Source of the DNA: Gilvimarinus chinensis DSM 19667
GTDB taxonomy: Bacteria; Pseudomonadota; Gammaproteobacteria; Pseudomonadales; Cellvibrionaceae
Direction of reading: 5' to 3'
NCBI RefSeq assembly: GCF_000377745.1
Contig: NZ_KB898707.1
Span: 66,718-98,717, forward strand
Length of the DNA stretch: 32,000 nucleotides
Shown here piece after piece: positions 14,754 to 22,801 of this stretch. A model generated the notes under the pieces. The model did no database searches and was not told where the DNA came from. It saw nothing but the letters and a program-made list of their open reading frames with translations. Position 1 is the first letter of the stretch; every line of letters begins with the position of its first letter. The translations under genes and the position numbers were made by a program.

Positions 14754-15926
14754 TTATCTATCTGAGTCCCACGGAATCTGAGGCACAGGCTCTCTCGGTT
14801 GGTCCCACGCCAGCTTTTTAGTAAGTTCCGCCATTCCACCGCGTTTCGCCTGAATACGCTTGGCGTATTGAGTCAGCATCGCCATGGATTTCCAGCGTCC
14901 GGACAGCATAATCTTTGCCGAATCCACATTCCCTTCGACCATCTCCTGCGCCGCGCCCACGCGGTTTGAGTGCCCGGAGAACACCGAAGGCTCCAACCCT
15001 AACCGACCGGCCGTACGTTTAAAACAGCGCGACACACCGCGCTCCGACAGGCGATTGCCCATTTTGCCGCTGGAATAAATGCCTCGAAAAATTGCCCCAG
15101 AACTCTGCCCACTGCGACGCTGCCAACCCAGGAGCAAATCCGTGGTGTTGCGAGAGAGGTACAGATACGAGCCATCACCGTCCTGATCGGTTTTGTGCCA
15201 ATCGAGTTCCAGTAAGCTGGAGCCATCCGAATCGATGCGCAGGTCCTCCCAATCAAAGCGCACCAGCTCAGACTGACGGCATAAAGTTTCAAAGCCGACG
15301 AAGAGTAGGGCGATGTCTTGGCAATCGCGCGCAATAGCGGGGTCGAACAACGAGAGTGCTTGTTCCAGGTGAGCCACCCGCAGGCCTTCGGCCTGGCGCC
15401 GTTTATTTTTCACCATTTTGCGAATACGGCCGAGTCGATTTCTCACTTTAAACGAGGCGCGCGGATCATCCATCTCCATGGCATTAGCCCACGCGACAAG
15501 ACTGGACACTCGACGATCAATGGCCGAGCGCTTACGACCCTCAGCCATCATATGCGAAAGGTAGGCATCCACGGCATAATCCTCGAACGGCAGCGGCGGA
15601 TAACCCATCCGCACACAGTACTCGACGTACTGACACAGATCGCTGTAGCGGGCGATTTCCGTGTTATTGGGAACCGTGTCCAGCATGTCCATTGAGCGCC
15701 GATCAAAACGTTCAAACAGCTCCCACGACAATACTGGCTGCAAGCTCTTCAGCAAACGATCTCGGTAGCTCGCAATTTTTAATTGATGGGGCGTTTTTCG
15801 CGGAATAATCGCTTGGGCGTCCAGCGTACCATTGACCCGGTGGTCAGAGCGCTGCTTCACGTTCTTTTTACCCGCGGCGACCCGAGCGGCGTTTTTGTCG
15901 CGGCGCTCCGAAGGAAATTCGCTCAT
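14754..15926 (-). CDS. Tyrosine site-specific recombinase (phage-type integrase)
   Basis: 390 aa. The catalytic signature is FETLCRQSEL (Arg I), GHSNRVGAAQEMV (H-x-x-R) and SGRWKSMAMLTQY (W/H ... Tyr nucleophile). It sits at the right edge of the island. Confidence 0.9.
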   Translation of the reverse strand: MSEFPSERRDKNAARVAAGKKNVKQRSDHRVNGTLDAQAIIPRKTPHQLKIASYRDRLLKSLQPVLSWELFERFDRRSMDMLDTVPNNTEIARYSDLCQYVEYCVRMGYPPLPFEDYAVDAYLSHMMAEGRKRSAIDRRVSSLVAWANAMEMDDPRASFKVRNRLGRIRKMVKNKRRQAEGLRVAHLEQALSLFDPAIARDCQDIALLFVGFETLCRQSELVRFDWEDLRIDSDGSSLLELDWHKTDQDGDGSYLYLSRNTTDLLLGWQRRSGQSSGAIFRGIYSSGKMGNRLSERGVSRCFKRTAGRLGLEPSVFSGHSNRVGAAQEMVEGNVDSAKIMLSGRWKSMAMLTQYAKRIQAKRGGMAELTKKLAWDQPREPVPQIPWDSDR

Positions 15927-16105
15927 TCAACGGCTTCTCACATGTGGTTAATTATTGACCGCATAGTGCCATTTTTACTTATATGTGTCAAATAAGTACA
16001 ATTATAGGACATATATAAAGTAAAGTAGAAAAATTATTTTTTCGACACATCTTTAATGCTTACTCGAACAGTCGTAAAAATGACCAAAATCACATTTTCA
16101 TGATG

Positions 16106-16129
16106 TTTTGTATACAATATATAGTATAC
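16106..16129. promoter_or_regulatory. Candidate operator: TTTTGTATACAAT plus a second GTATAC 14 bp away, upstream of the GH16 agarase gene
   Basis: GTATAC palindromes lie at 16110-16115 and 16124-16129. The 13-mer TTTTGTATACAAT is identical to 30197-30209. Related sites are at 7645-7656, 20318-20329 and 30031-30056. Confidence 0.4.
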
Positions 16130-16182
16130 ATATTAGGATGCATCCTCCGCTCCAAGATCATAATAACGTTAGAGAGGCACAG

Positions 16183-17946
16183 ATGAATAAACTCACCTGC
16201 ACATTCGCAGCACTGCTTACCAGTGCATCTACGTTTGCCGCCGATTGGGATGGCTTACCGGTTCCCGCCGATGCCGGCAGCGGCAACACTTGGCAACTAC
16301 AAAGTAACGTATCGGACGACTTTAATTATTCCGCTCCCGCCAATGGAAAAAGCGCAGCGTTTTACGACCGCTGGTCCGAAGGCTTTATTAACGCCTGGCA
16401 AGGCCCTGGGTTAACTGACTACCACAATCCCAACTCCAGGGTGGAAAACGGCAAGCTAGTCATCCAAGCCACCCGCAAACCCGGCACCAACCAGGTGTAC
16501 ACGGGCGCTGTGCACACCCATGACAGTATTCAGTATCCGGTTTATATCGAAACCAGCAGTAAAATTATGGATCAGGTGCTGGCCAATGCCGTGTGGATGC
16601 TTAGCAGCGACTCCACCGAAGAGATCGACATTGTTGAGGCTTACGGTAGCAGCCGCCCTGATCAAACCTGGTTTGCCGAGCGCATGCACTTGGCTCATCA
16701 CGTTTTTATTCGCGATCCGTTTCAGGATTATCAGCCCAAAGACATGGGCGCCTGGTACGCCGATGGTCGACTGTGGCGCGATCAGTACAGCCGCGTAGGG
16801 GTTTACTGGCGCGACCCGTGGCACCTGGAGTACTACATTGATGGCGAGCTTGTGCGCACGGTATCCGGTGTGGATATGATTGATCCTTACGGTTACACCA
16901 ACGGCACTGGTTTAAGTAAGCCCATGCAAATTATTGTTGATGCGGAAGATCAGGACTGGCGCTCTGACAATGGTATTGTTGCCACCAATGCTGAACTGGC
17001 CGATAGCAGCAAAAACCAGTTTTATGTTGATTGGATTCGCGTTTACAAACCGGTACCAGACGCCAATGGTGGAAATAATGGCGGCGGTAACGACATTACC
17101 AGCAGTGTCGACTTTGATAACTTTTTTGCCACTGGCAAAGTAGGCAACGCTGTTGCCGGTGATAGTTTTACTGGTTTTAACCCATCGGGTAACGGCAACA
17201 TCAACTACAACACCGTAGGCGATTGGGCCGAGTACAGCATCAATCTACCCGAGGCCGGTGAGTATCGTCTGGAGCTGGACACTGCTTCCACTGTGAGCTC
17301 AGGCCTCGGCGCCGACATCAGTATCGATGGTGTGTTTGTCGGTAGAGTTGCTATCTCGCAAACCGGCGGTTGGGAGAGCTACCAAACGTTTAGCCTTGCC
17401 AACACGATCAACATCGGTGCCGGCACTCACACTCTGCGTGTACAAAGCGCAGGCAGCTCGCAGTGGCAATGGAACGGCGACACGATTCGCATGGTTAAAG
17501 TGGGCGAAAGCTCAAGCGGCAACCAAACAACCACGCCTACACCCACCGAAGCGATCAGCCTGGAAGCCGAAAGCTTTAACAACACTGGCGGACCCTACGG
17601 CGGCTTCCAAACCTATACTCAAAATGGTATTTCAGCCACCAACTACAACCAGCGTGGCGATTACGCGGAGTACAGTCTGTCGGTACCGACCGCGGGCAAC
17701 TATAACGTAAGTGCTTTTGCCGCCACCCCCGAGACCGGTTCAGCCATGACGCTAACGCTAAACGGCAACGCCCTGGTCAGCTTAGACGTACCCACAACCG
17801 GCGGCTGGAACACCTTTACCGAGGTGAGCTCGAGCGGCGCTGTTGCCTTGCCCGCAGGTACTCATACTCTACGAGTAGCCAGCTCCGGTAACACTGCCAA
17901 CACCTGGGAGTGGAACGCCGACCGTTTTATATTTACACCGCAATAA
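16183..17946 (+). CDS. GH16 beta-agarase with two C-terminal CBM6 modules
   Basis: ATG 16183 has AGAGAGG upstream, and the TTG 16108 of the track is rejected. The signal peptide is MNKLTCTFAALLTSASTFA-ADWDG. The catalytic motif EEIDIVE (E-x-D-x-x-E) is at 16621-16638. Agarase-type blocks include FYDRWSEGFINAWQGPGLT and GVYWRDPWHLEYYIDG. A Gly/Asn linker is followed by two similar modules of about 130 aa (about 17098-17502 and 17551-17943) with GDWAEYSINLPEAGEY / GDYAEYSLSVPTAGNY and GTHTLRV in both. Confidence 0.9.
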   Translation: MNKLTCTFAALLTSASTFAADWDGLPVPADAGSGNTWQLQSNVSDDFNYSAPANGKSAAFYDRWSEGFINAWQGPGLTDYHNPNSRVENGKLVIQATRKPGTNQVYTGAVHTHDSIQYPVYIETSSKIMDQVLANAVWMLSSDSTEEIDIVEAYGSSRPDQTWFAERMHLAHHVFIRDPFQDYQPKDMGAWYADGRLWRDQYSRVGVYWRDPWHLEYYIDGELVRTVSGVDMIDPYGYTNGTGLSKPMQIIVDAEDQDWRSDNGIVATNAELADSSKNQFYVDWIRVYKPVPDANGGNNGGGNDITSSVDFDNFFATGKVGNAVAGDSFTGFNPSGNGNINYNTVGDWAEYSINLPEAGEYRLELDTASTVSSGLGADISIDGVFVGRVAISQTGGWESYQTFSLANTINIGAGTHTLRVQSAGSSQWQWNGDTIRMVKVGESSSGNQTTTPTPTEAISLEAESFNNTGGPYGGFQTYTQNGISATNYNQRGDYAEYSLSVPTAGNYNVSAFAATPETGSAMTLTLNGNALVSLDVPTTGGWNTFTEVSSSGAVALPAGTHTLRVASSGNTANTWEWNADRFIFTPQ

Positions 17947-17959
17947 ACATTGTTAACCC

Positions 17960-17982
17960 GGTGCGACTTTACCAGTCGCACC
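17960..17982. terminator. Hairpin between convergent genes
   Basis: GGTGCGACT (17960-17968), TTACC loop, AGTCGCACC (17974-17982). It lies 14 nt after the GH16 stop and has no T run. Confidence 0.45.
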
Positions 17983-18038
17983 CTCACCCCTCCGTCTTAG
18001 CTCGCCGCAAACGCTTAAAAAATCTTTTTATGTCGCGG

Positions 18039-20231
18039 TTACCGAACCGGGACAATAGCCACGGGTACTGATTTAAACGCGGGTGTTTTACTGCGCGGGT
18101 CGTGATCCGTACCTATCAGTACATTGGCCTCGGGGTAGTAAGCCATGACACTGCCGGCGGGTAAATCAAACGGCACCACTTCCACATTTTGCATTTCACC
18201 CTGAGGCGACTTTAGCGTAACCCGGCTGCCTTTTTGCAATTGCAAACGCTGGCAATCCAGCTCGGACATCAATACACACCAGCGATGGCTGGTACCGCGA
18301 TAGCTGTCGGACTCTTCGTAAATAATCGAGTTAAACTGCCCTTCACTGCGAATACTGGCCAATAAAAACGGATAATCGTCATTAGTAGCTTGAGCCAAAG
18401 TGTGCGTTTTAAAATGCCCGCGCTGGCTTTGAGTGTTAAACACCGGCTTGTGCACCAAGCGGTTACCCACCACAAACTCTTGTTTGCTTGCGCCGATATC
18501 GGCCAGGGGCTCCATGCCTGGAATGGTAGCGGCAATGGCTTTGCGCACTTTGTCGTGTTGCTCAAAAGCCGCAAAATCCAAGGGGGAATCGGGCAATAAC
18601 CGTGCGCCCAGCTGTGCCAGTATACTCACCTCAGAGCGCACGTTATCCAGCCGGGTAATGCCGCCATCGCTTAAGCGCACATAGTTAAACATGGATTCTT
18701 GCGTAGTGCTGTCTGGCTCTTCATCCCGGGCGCACACCGGCAAAATTAACGCTTCGCTGTTTTCCATACCGTTAAAATGGCCGCGATTTAAGGTGGTGGT
18801 TAGGTAAAGTTTAAAACCCACAGCATCCAGCGCGCGGCGGGCAAATTCGGTATCGGGCGTGGCGGCAAATAAATTGCCCCCCATCATCAGGGCGTTGCTC
18901 ATTTTCCTGGCTTCGGCCGCGCGTAAACAGGCCAGGGTATCCATACCCTTTTGTTTTGGCAGGCTAACGCCCATATGCGTTTCTATAGCGTGCAGCACAT
19001 CGTCGGCCAGCACCGGCTTAACGCCAATGGTGCCAATACCCTGCACGTTACTGTGCCCACGCAATGGCAACAGCCCAGCGCCTGGCTTGCCCACCATGCC
19101 GCGCAGCATGGCAAGGTTCGCAATGGCCTCGACATTATCGGCACCATTTAGATGGTGAGTAATGCCCATACCCCAGGCAAAAATAACATTGTCAGCACTA
19201 GCGTAATCGTCCACCAACTCGCCCACGGCTTGTTCGGTTAAACCACATTGCGCGAGCAGCTCGGTTAAATCTAATGCCGCCAGGTAATCGCGGTAGGCGA
19301 CAAAATCCTGAGTATGGTTTTGCACAAACTCGGCATTGTGCGCGTTTTGCTCCACTAGCATTTTCGCCATGGCCGTTAACAGCGCCAAATCGGAGCCAAT
19401 TTTAGGCTGTAAAAAACGTGAGGCAATCCAAGTGCCACCCACGAGCATAGATTTAGGGCTTTTGGGCACGGCAAATTTCACCAAACCCGGCTCTTTGGCG
19501 GGGTTAATGACCATGACTTTGCCGCCGCGATCGCGCACCCCTTTTAGCTGGTGCACAAAACGCGGGTGATTAGAGGCGGGGTTGGCGCCAATCACAAACA
19601 CCATGTCGGCTAGTGCCAAATCCTCGAGAGCCACGGTGGCCGTGCCTGTGCCCAAGGTGCTTTGCAGCCCCACCCCGGTGGCCTGATGGCAGTAGTAAGA
19701 ACAGTTAGTAACGTTATTACTGCCATACAAGCGTGCCATTAACTGCAGTAAAAACCCCGCCTCGTTCGACGAGCGCCCCGAGGCGTAAAAAAAGCTCTGC
19801 TCGGCCGGCGCCGCACTAAAGCGCCCGGCCGCTAACGTCAGCGCTTCGTCCCAGCTTAATGGCTGGTATTTAGCACTGCCCGCCGGTTTATAAATTGGGG
19901 TGTTAAGCCGCCCCATGGTTTCCAGCTCACGGTCGGTAAGCTCGTTAAACTCGTCGAGCGTGTGATCGAACAGTTCGGCGGGAATAGGCGGCTGAATATC
20001 GGTGGATTGCGCCTGAATACTTTTGTTACATACCGAGGGGAACTCGTCTTTCTCATTCACCATTCCGCCGCGCTGACCGCCCATCCCCAGGCCGCAAGCT
20101 TTGCAGGCGTTGTGGCTTTTTAACGCTTTGGCGGAATCCAGCAAACCGATGCGTTTAATGGTTTGCAGAGTATATAAAACCTTTTTGGGCCCACCACCGA
20201 CGATGGTTACCGGGGTTGAAGATGCTTTCAC
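18039..20231 (-). CDS. FdhF/YdeP-family molybdopterin oxidoreductase
   Basis: 730 aa with a GTG start. The N-terminal Cys cluster is CKACGLGMGGQRGGMVNEKDEFPSVCNKS. Molybdopterin oxidoreductase blocks follow (VIGANPASNHPR, GHSNVQGIG), and the C-terminal MopB-binding barrel shows RSEGQFNSIIY. Confidence 0.85.
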   Translation of the reverse strand: MKASSTPVTIVGGGPKKVLYTLQTIKRIGLLDSAKALKSHNACKACGLGMGGQRGGMVNEKDEFPSVCNKSIQAQSTDIQPPIPAELFDHTLDEFNELTDRELETMGRLNTPIYKPAGSAKYQPLSWDEALTLAAGRFSAAPAEQSFFYASGRSSNEAGFLLQLMARLYGSNNVTNCSYYCHQATGVGLQSTLGTGTATVALEDLALADMVFVIGANPASNHPRFVHQLKGVRDRGGKVMVINPAKEPGLVKFAVPKSPKSMLVGGTWIASRFLQPKIGSDLALLTAMAKMLVEQNAHNAEFVQNHTQDFVAYRDYLAALDLTELLAQCGLTEQAVGELVDDYASADNVIFAWGMGITHHLNGADNVEAIANLAMLRGMVGKPGAGLLPLRGHSNVQGIGTIGVKPVLADDVLHAIETHMGVSLPKQKGMDTLACLRAAEARKMSNALMMGGNLFAATPDTEFARRALDAVGFKLYLTTTLNRGHFNGMENSEALILPVCARDEEPDSTTQESMFNYVRLSDGGITRLDNVRSEVSILAQLGARLLPDSPLDFAAFEQHDKVRKAIAATIPGMEPLADIGASKQEFVVGNRLVHKPVFNTQSQRGHFKTHTLAQATNDDYPFLLASIRSEGQFNSIIYEESDSYRGTSHRWCVLMSELDCQRLQLQKGSRVTLKSPQGEMQNVEVVPFDLPAGSVMAYYPEANVLIGTDHDPRSKTPAFKSVPVAIVPVR

Positions 20232-20317
20232 CGAAATCTCCCATAAACAGCCCGAGGATAACTCATCGACAGACTGTTAAGTCTTGTTAATTTGTGTTTG
20301 ACTATCGCACACCGCAC

Positions 20318-20344
20318 TTTGTAGACAATTTACATTGTGTCAAT
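20318..20344. promoter_or_regulatory. Degenerate copies of the TTGTATACAA-type palindrome upstream of the GH50-like gene
   Basis: TTTGTAGACAAT (20318-20329) differs by one nt from the 12-mer at 16107-16118. ATTGTGTCAAT lies at 20334-20344. Confidence 0.3.
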
Positions 20345-20400
20345 TTTATCTAATATAAACACCAGCAACTATCAATTTACCGCTCATAAAGGAAATAAAA

Positions 20401-22719
20401 ATGACCTTAAAGCCTTTAGCGTTGGCCGTTGCCATAAGCGCAGCGCTCGGCAGCGCCTGTACTAGCCACAACGCCAACACTGACGACTCCACCCAGCGCA
20501 CGAGCGGGCAGCTTGCGCCGCAGGAACTTCCGACCATCCTGGTGGACATTACCCGCGCTCAACAGCAAGGGTGGCTCACCGCAAATCAAGCGCAGCTGAA
20601 GCCAACGTCGGGTACAACACTGAATATACGTTTTCCCGCCTCGGTGCACACTCCAGCATTTAATATAGAGCCGAACACCCCATGGGATTTATCAAACCTC
20701 GATAATTACAACCTGGCCTTTGAGGTACAAAACCTCTCACCGGTATCAACCCACTTTTACGTCGAGCTGTTCGACGCCAACGGCAGCAGCCAGTCGCGCG
20801 AGCTGAGCATCCCCAAAGGTTATCAAGGCAAAGTGTTTTTCCCGCTGGCGGGCGAGAAAGCCGCCACCGATAAAGGCATGTGGGCCAACCCTATGCCCTG
20901 GCCCACCGACGAGATGAAAATGGTGTGGCGTTCTTGGCACCAAACCTTGGACATGAGCCAGATCACTAAAATCTCAGTTTACGCCATTGGCGTGTTGCAG
21001 GATCGTACGCTTGAGATCGGGGATATTGTGCTGCGCCCCAACCCGGATGCAGGCGCTGATTGGACTACCCACCTGGTAGATCGCTTCGGTCAGGCGGCCA
21101 AAAAGAACTCGCCCCTTAAAGTCGAGTCCGAGACTGAACTTAAAGCCATCGCCGAGCGCGAACTCAAACAGCTAGCCGAGCAACCGGGCCCCAAAGATCG
21201 CTCGCGTTTTGGCGGCTACAAAGATGGCCCCAAGCTTGAAGCGACCGGCTACTTTCGCACCGAAAAAGTCGATGGCAAGTGGTGGATGGTAGATCCGGAA
21301 GGCTATTTGTTTTTCTCGCATGGTCCGGCCAACGTGCGCATGTCTAACCTCACCACCCTAACCGGGGTAGACTTTAAAGACCCTTCGGTACGCGTGGTAC
21401 ACGCCGATGAGGTGACCCCGGAAGATTCCATGGGTATTGTGAAAGTGTCGGACGAAGTGCGCGAAAGCCGCTATGTGATTAACGAGACTCGCCACGATAT
21501 GTTTGAATGGCTACCCGCTTACGACGACCCTCTGGCCGATCACTACAGTTACCGCCGCTCGACCCATAAAGGGCCGGTGCCCCACGGTGAAACTTACAGC
21601 TTTTACCGTGCCAACCTGGAGCGTCGCTATGGCGAAACCGCGCCCGAATCCTACGTGAAAAAATGGGAAGAGGTAACCCTAGATCGTATGAACAGCTGGG
21701 GCTTTACCTCGTTTGGCAACTGGGTGGACCCGGCGTTTTACCCCAACCAACAAGTACCCTACTTTGCCAACGGCTGGATTATTGGCGACTATCAAACGCT
21801 GTCGGGCCACACCAACCACTGGGGCCTGATGCCCGACTTTTTTGACCCGGTATTTGCCGAGCGCGCCCGTGCCACCATTGAAGTTATTGCCCAAGATGTA
21901 CAGGCATCGCCCTGGTGTGTGGGTATTTTTATCGATAACGAAAAAAGCTGGGGAGAGCGTGAAGGCAGCGTTGCAGAGCGCTACGGGGTGATTCTCGACG
22001 CCCTGAGCAAAGACGCCGCTCAAAGCCCCGCCAAACAAGCCTTTACCGAACGCTTAAAAGCACAATACTCCAGCATTAAAGCGTTAAACCGTGCCTGGAA
22101 TACCGACTTTAGCAACTGGAACGAGTTTGCGCAAAACGCCAGCACCGAGGAACACTCTGAGGCGCAAGTGGCCGACTTATCAATGCTGCTAGAGGCGCTG
22201 GGCGAGCAGTACTTTGAGGTGGTACACGGCACCCTTAAAGAGTACCTTCCCAATCACCTGTACATGGGCGCGCGTATGGCCAACTGGGGTATGCCCGATG
22301 AGATCATTAAAGCCTCGGTGAAATACACCGACGTACTCAGCTTTAATATTTACGAAGAAGGCATGCAAACTCACCAGTGGAGCTTCTTAGAAAAGATTGA
22401 TCTGCCCGTAGTTATCGGCGAATTTCATATAGGCGCGACCACGGATTCAGACAACTACCACCCGGGTATTGTTAGCGCCGCCAGCCAAAAAGACCGTGCG
22501 CGAATGTATAAAGCTTATATGGAGAGCGTACTCGAGAAAGATTACATGGTAGGAGCGCACTGGTTTCAGTATGTGGATGAGCCTGTTACCGGCCGCGCTT
22601 TTGACGGTGAAAACGCCAATATTGGTTTTGTCACGGTAACCGACATCCCCTACCCCGAGATGATCAAAGCCGCCAAGGAAATTAACTACAACCTCTACCC
22701 CAAACGCTACGGTCAGTAA
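20401..22719 (+). CDS. GH50-like beta-agarase (lipoprotein)
   Basis: 772 aa with lipobox AALGSAC and RBS AAGGA. An N-terminal beta-sandwich-like region is followed by GYFRTEKVDGKWWMVDPEGYLFFSHG. The TIM-barrel blocks are SWGFTSFGNW, VGIFIDNEKSWG (acid/base Glu candidate) and VVIGEFH (nucleophile Glu candidate). Family assignment is from memory of GH50 agarases and the genomic context. Confidence 0.65.
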   Translation: MTLKPLALAVAISAALGSACTSHNANTDDSTQRTSGQLAPQELPTILVDITRAQQQGWLTANQAQLKPTSGTTLNIRFPASVHTPAFNIEPNTPWDLSNLDNYNLAFEVQNLSPVSTHFYVELFDANGSSQSRELSIPKGYQGKVFFPLAGEKAATDKGMWANPMPWPTDEMKMVWRSWHQTLDMSQITKISVYAIGVLQDRTLEIGDIVLRPNPDAGADWTTHLVDRFGQAAKKNSPLKVESETELKAIAERELKQLAEQPGPKDRSRFGGYKDGPKLEATGYFRTEKVDGKWWMVDPEGYLFFSHGPANVRMSNLTTLTGVDFKDPSVRVVHADEVTPEDSMGIVKVSDEVRESRYVINETRHDMFEWLPAYDDPLADHYSYRRSTHKGPVPHGETYSFYRANLERRYGETAPESYVKKWEEVTLDRMNSWGFTSFGNWVDPAFYPNQQVPYFANGWIIGDYQTLSGHTNHWGLMPDFFDPVFAERARATIEVIAQDVQASPWCVGIFIDNEKSWGEREGSVAERYGVILDALSKDAAQSPAKQAFTERLKAQYSSIKALNRAWNTDFSNWNEFAQNASTEEHSEAQVADLSMLLEALGEQYFEVVHGTLKEYLPNHLYMGARMANWGMPDEIIKASVKYTDVLSFNIYEEGMQTHQWSFLEKIDLPVVIGEFHIGATTDSDNYHPGIVSAASQKDRARMYKAYMESVLEKDYMVGAHWFQYVDEPVTGRAFDGENANIGFVTVTDIPYPEMIKAAKEINYNLYPKRYGQ

Positions 22720-22737
22720 CCGCTTGGGCTCACTTTA

Positions 22738-22762
22738 CCCCGCCCACGGGCGGGGTCTTTTT
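22738..22762 (+). terminator. Rho-independent terminator after the GH50-like gene
   Basis: CCCCGCCC (22738-22745) pairs with GGGCGGGG (22748-22755), followed by TCTTTTT (22756-22762). Confidence 0.8.
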
Positions 22763-22801
22763 AATCGTGTTGCCGTGTAAGCGTATTTCCTTTTAACCGT
22801 A

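Larger units (their letters stand above)
7655..16100. mobile_element. Decayed integrative genomic island (tyrosine recombinase, TA-like genes, IS and gene remnants)
   Basis: The interval is AT-richer by eye than both flanks. It holds an integrase at the right edge, an IS110 stump and several truncated genes. A candidate direct repeat TGATG(G)TTTTGTATA lies at 7640-7654 and 16101-16114. The flanks are functionally related carbohydrate genes. Confidence 0.6.

Noticed and set aside
16108-16182. TTG 16108 start of the GH16 ORF (adds MYTIYSIHIRMHPPLQDHNNVREAQ).
   Set aside because: The extension covers the AT-rich operator/promoter region and precedes a canonical signal peptide. ATG 16183 has an AGAGAGG RBS.
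20346-20549. Minus-strand 67 aa ORF and other short ORFs overlapping the GH50-like gene start.
   Set aside because: It is antisense to the lipoprotein signal-peptide region and extends into the promoter. It has no RBS.
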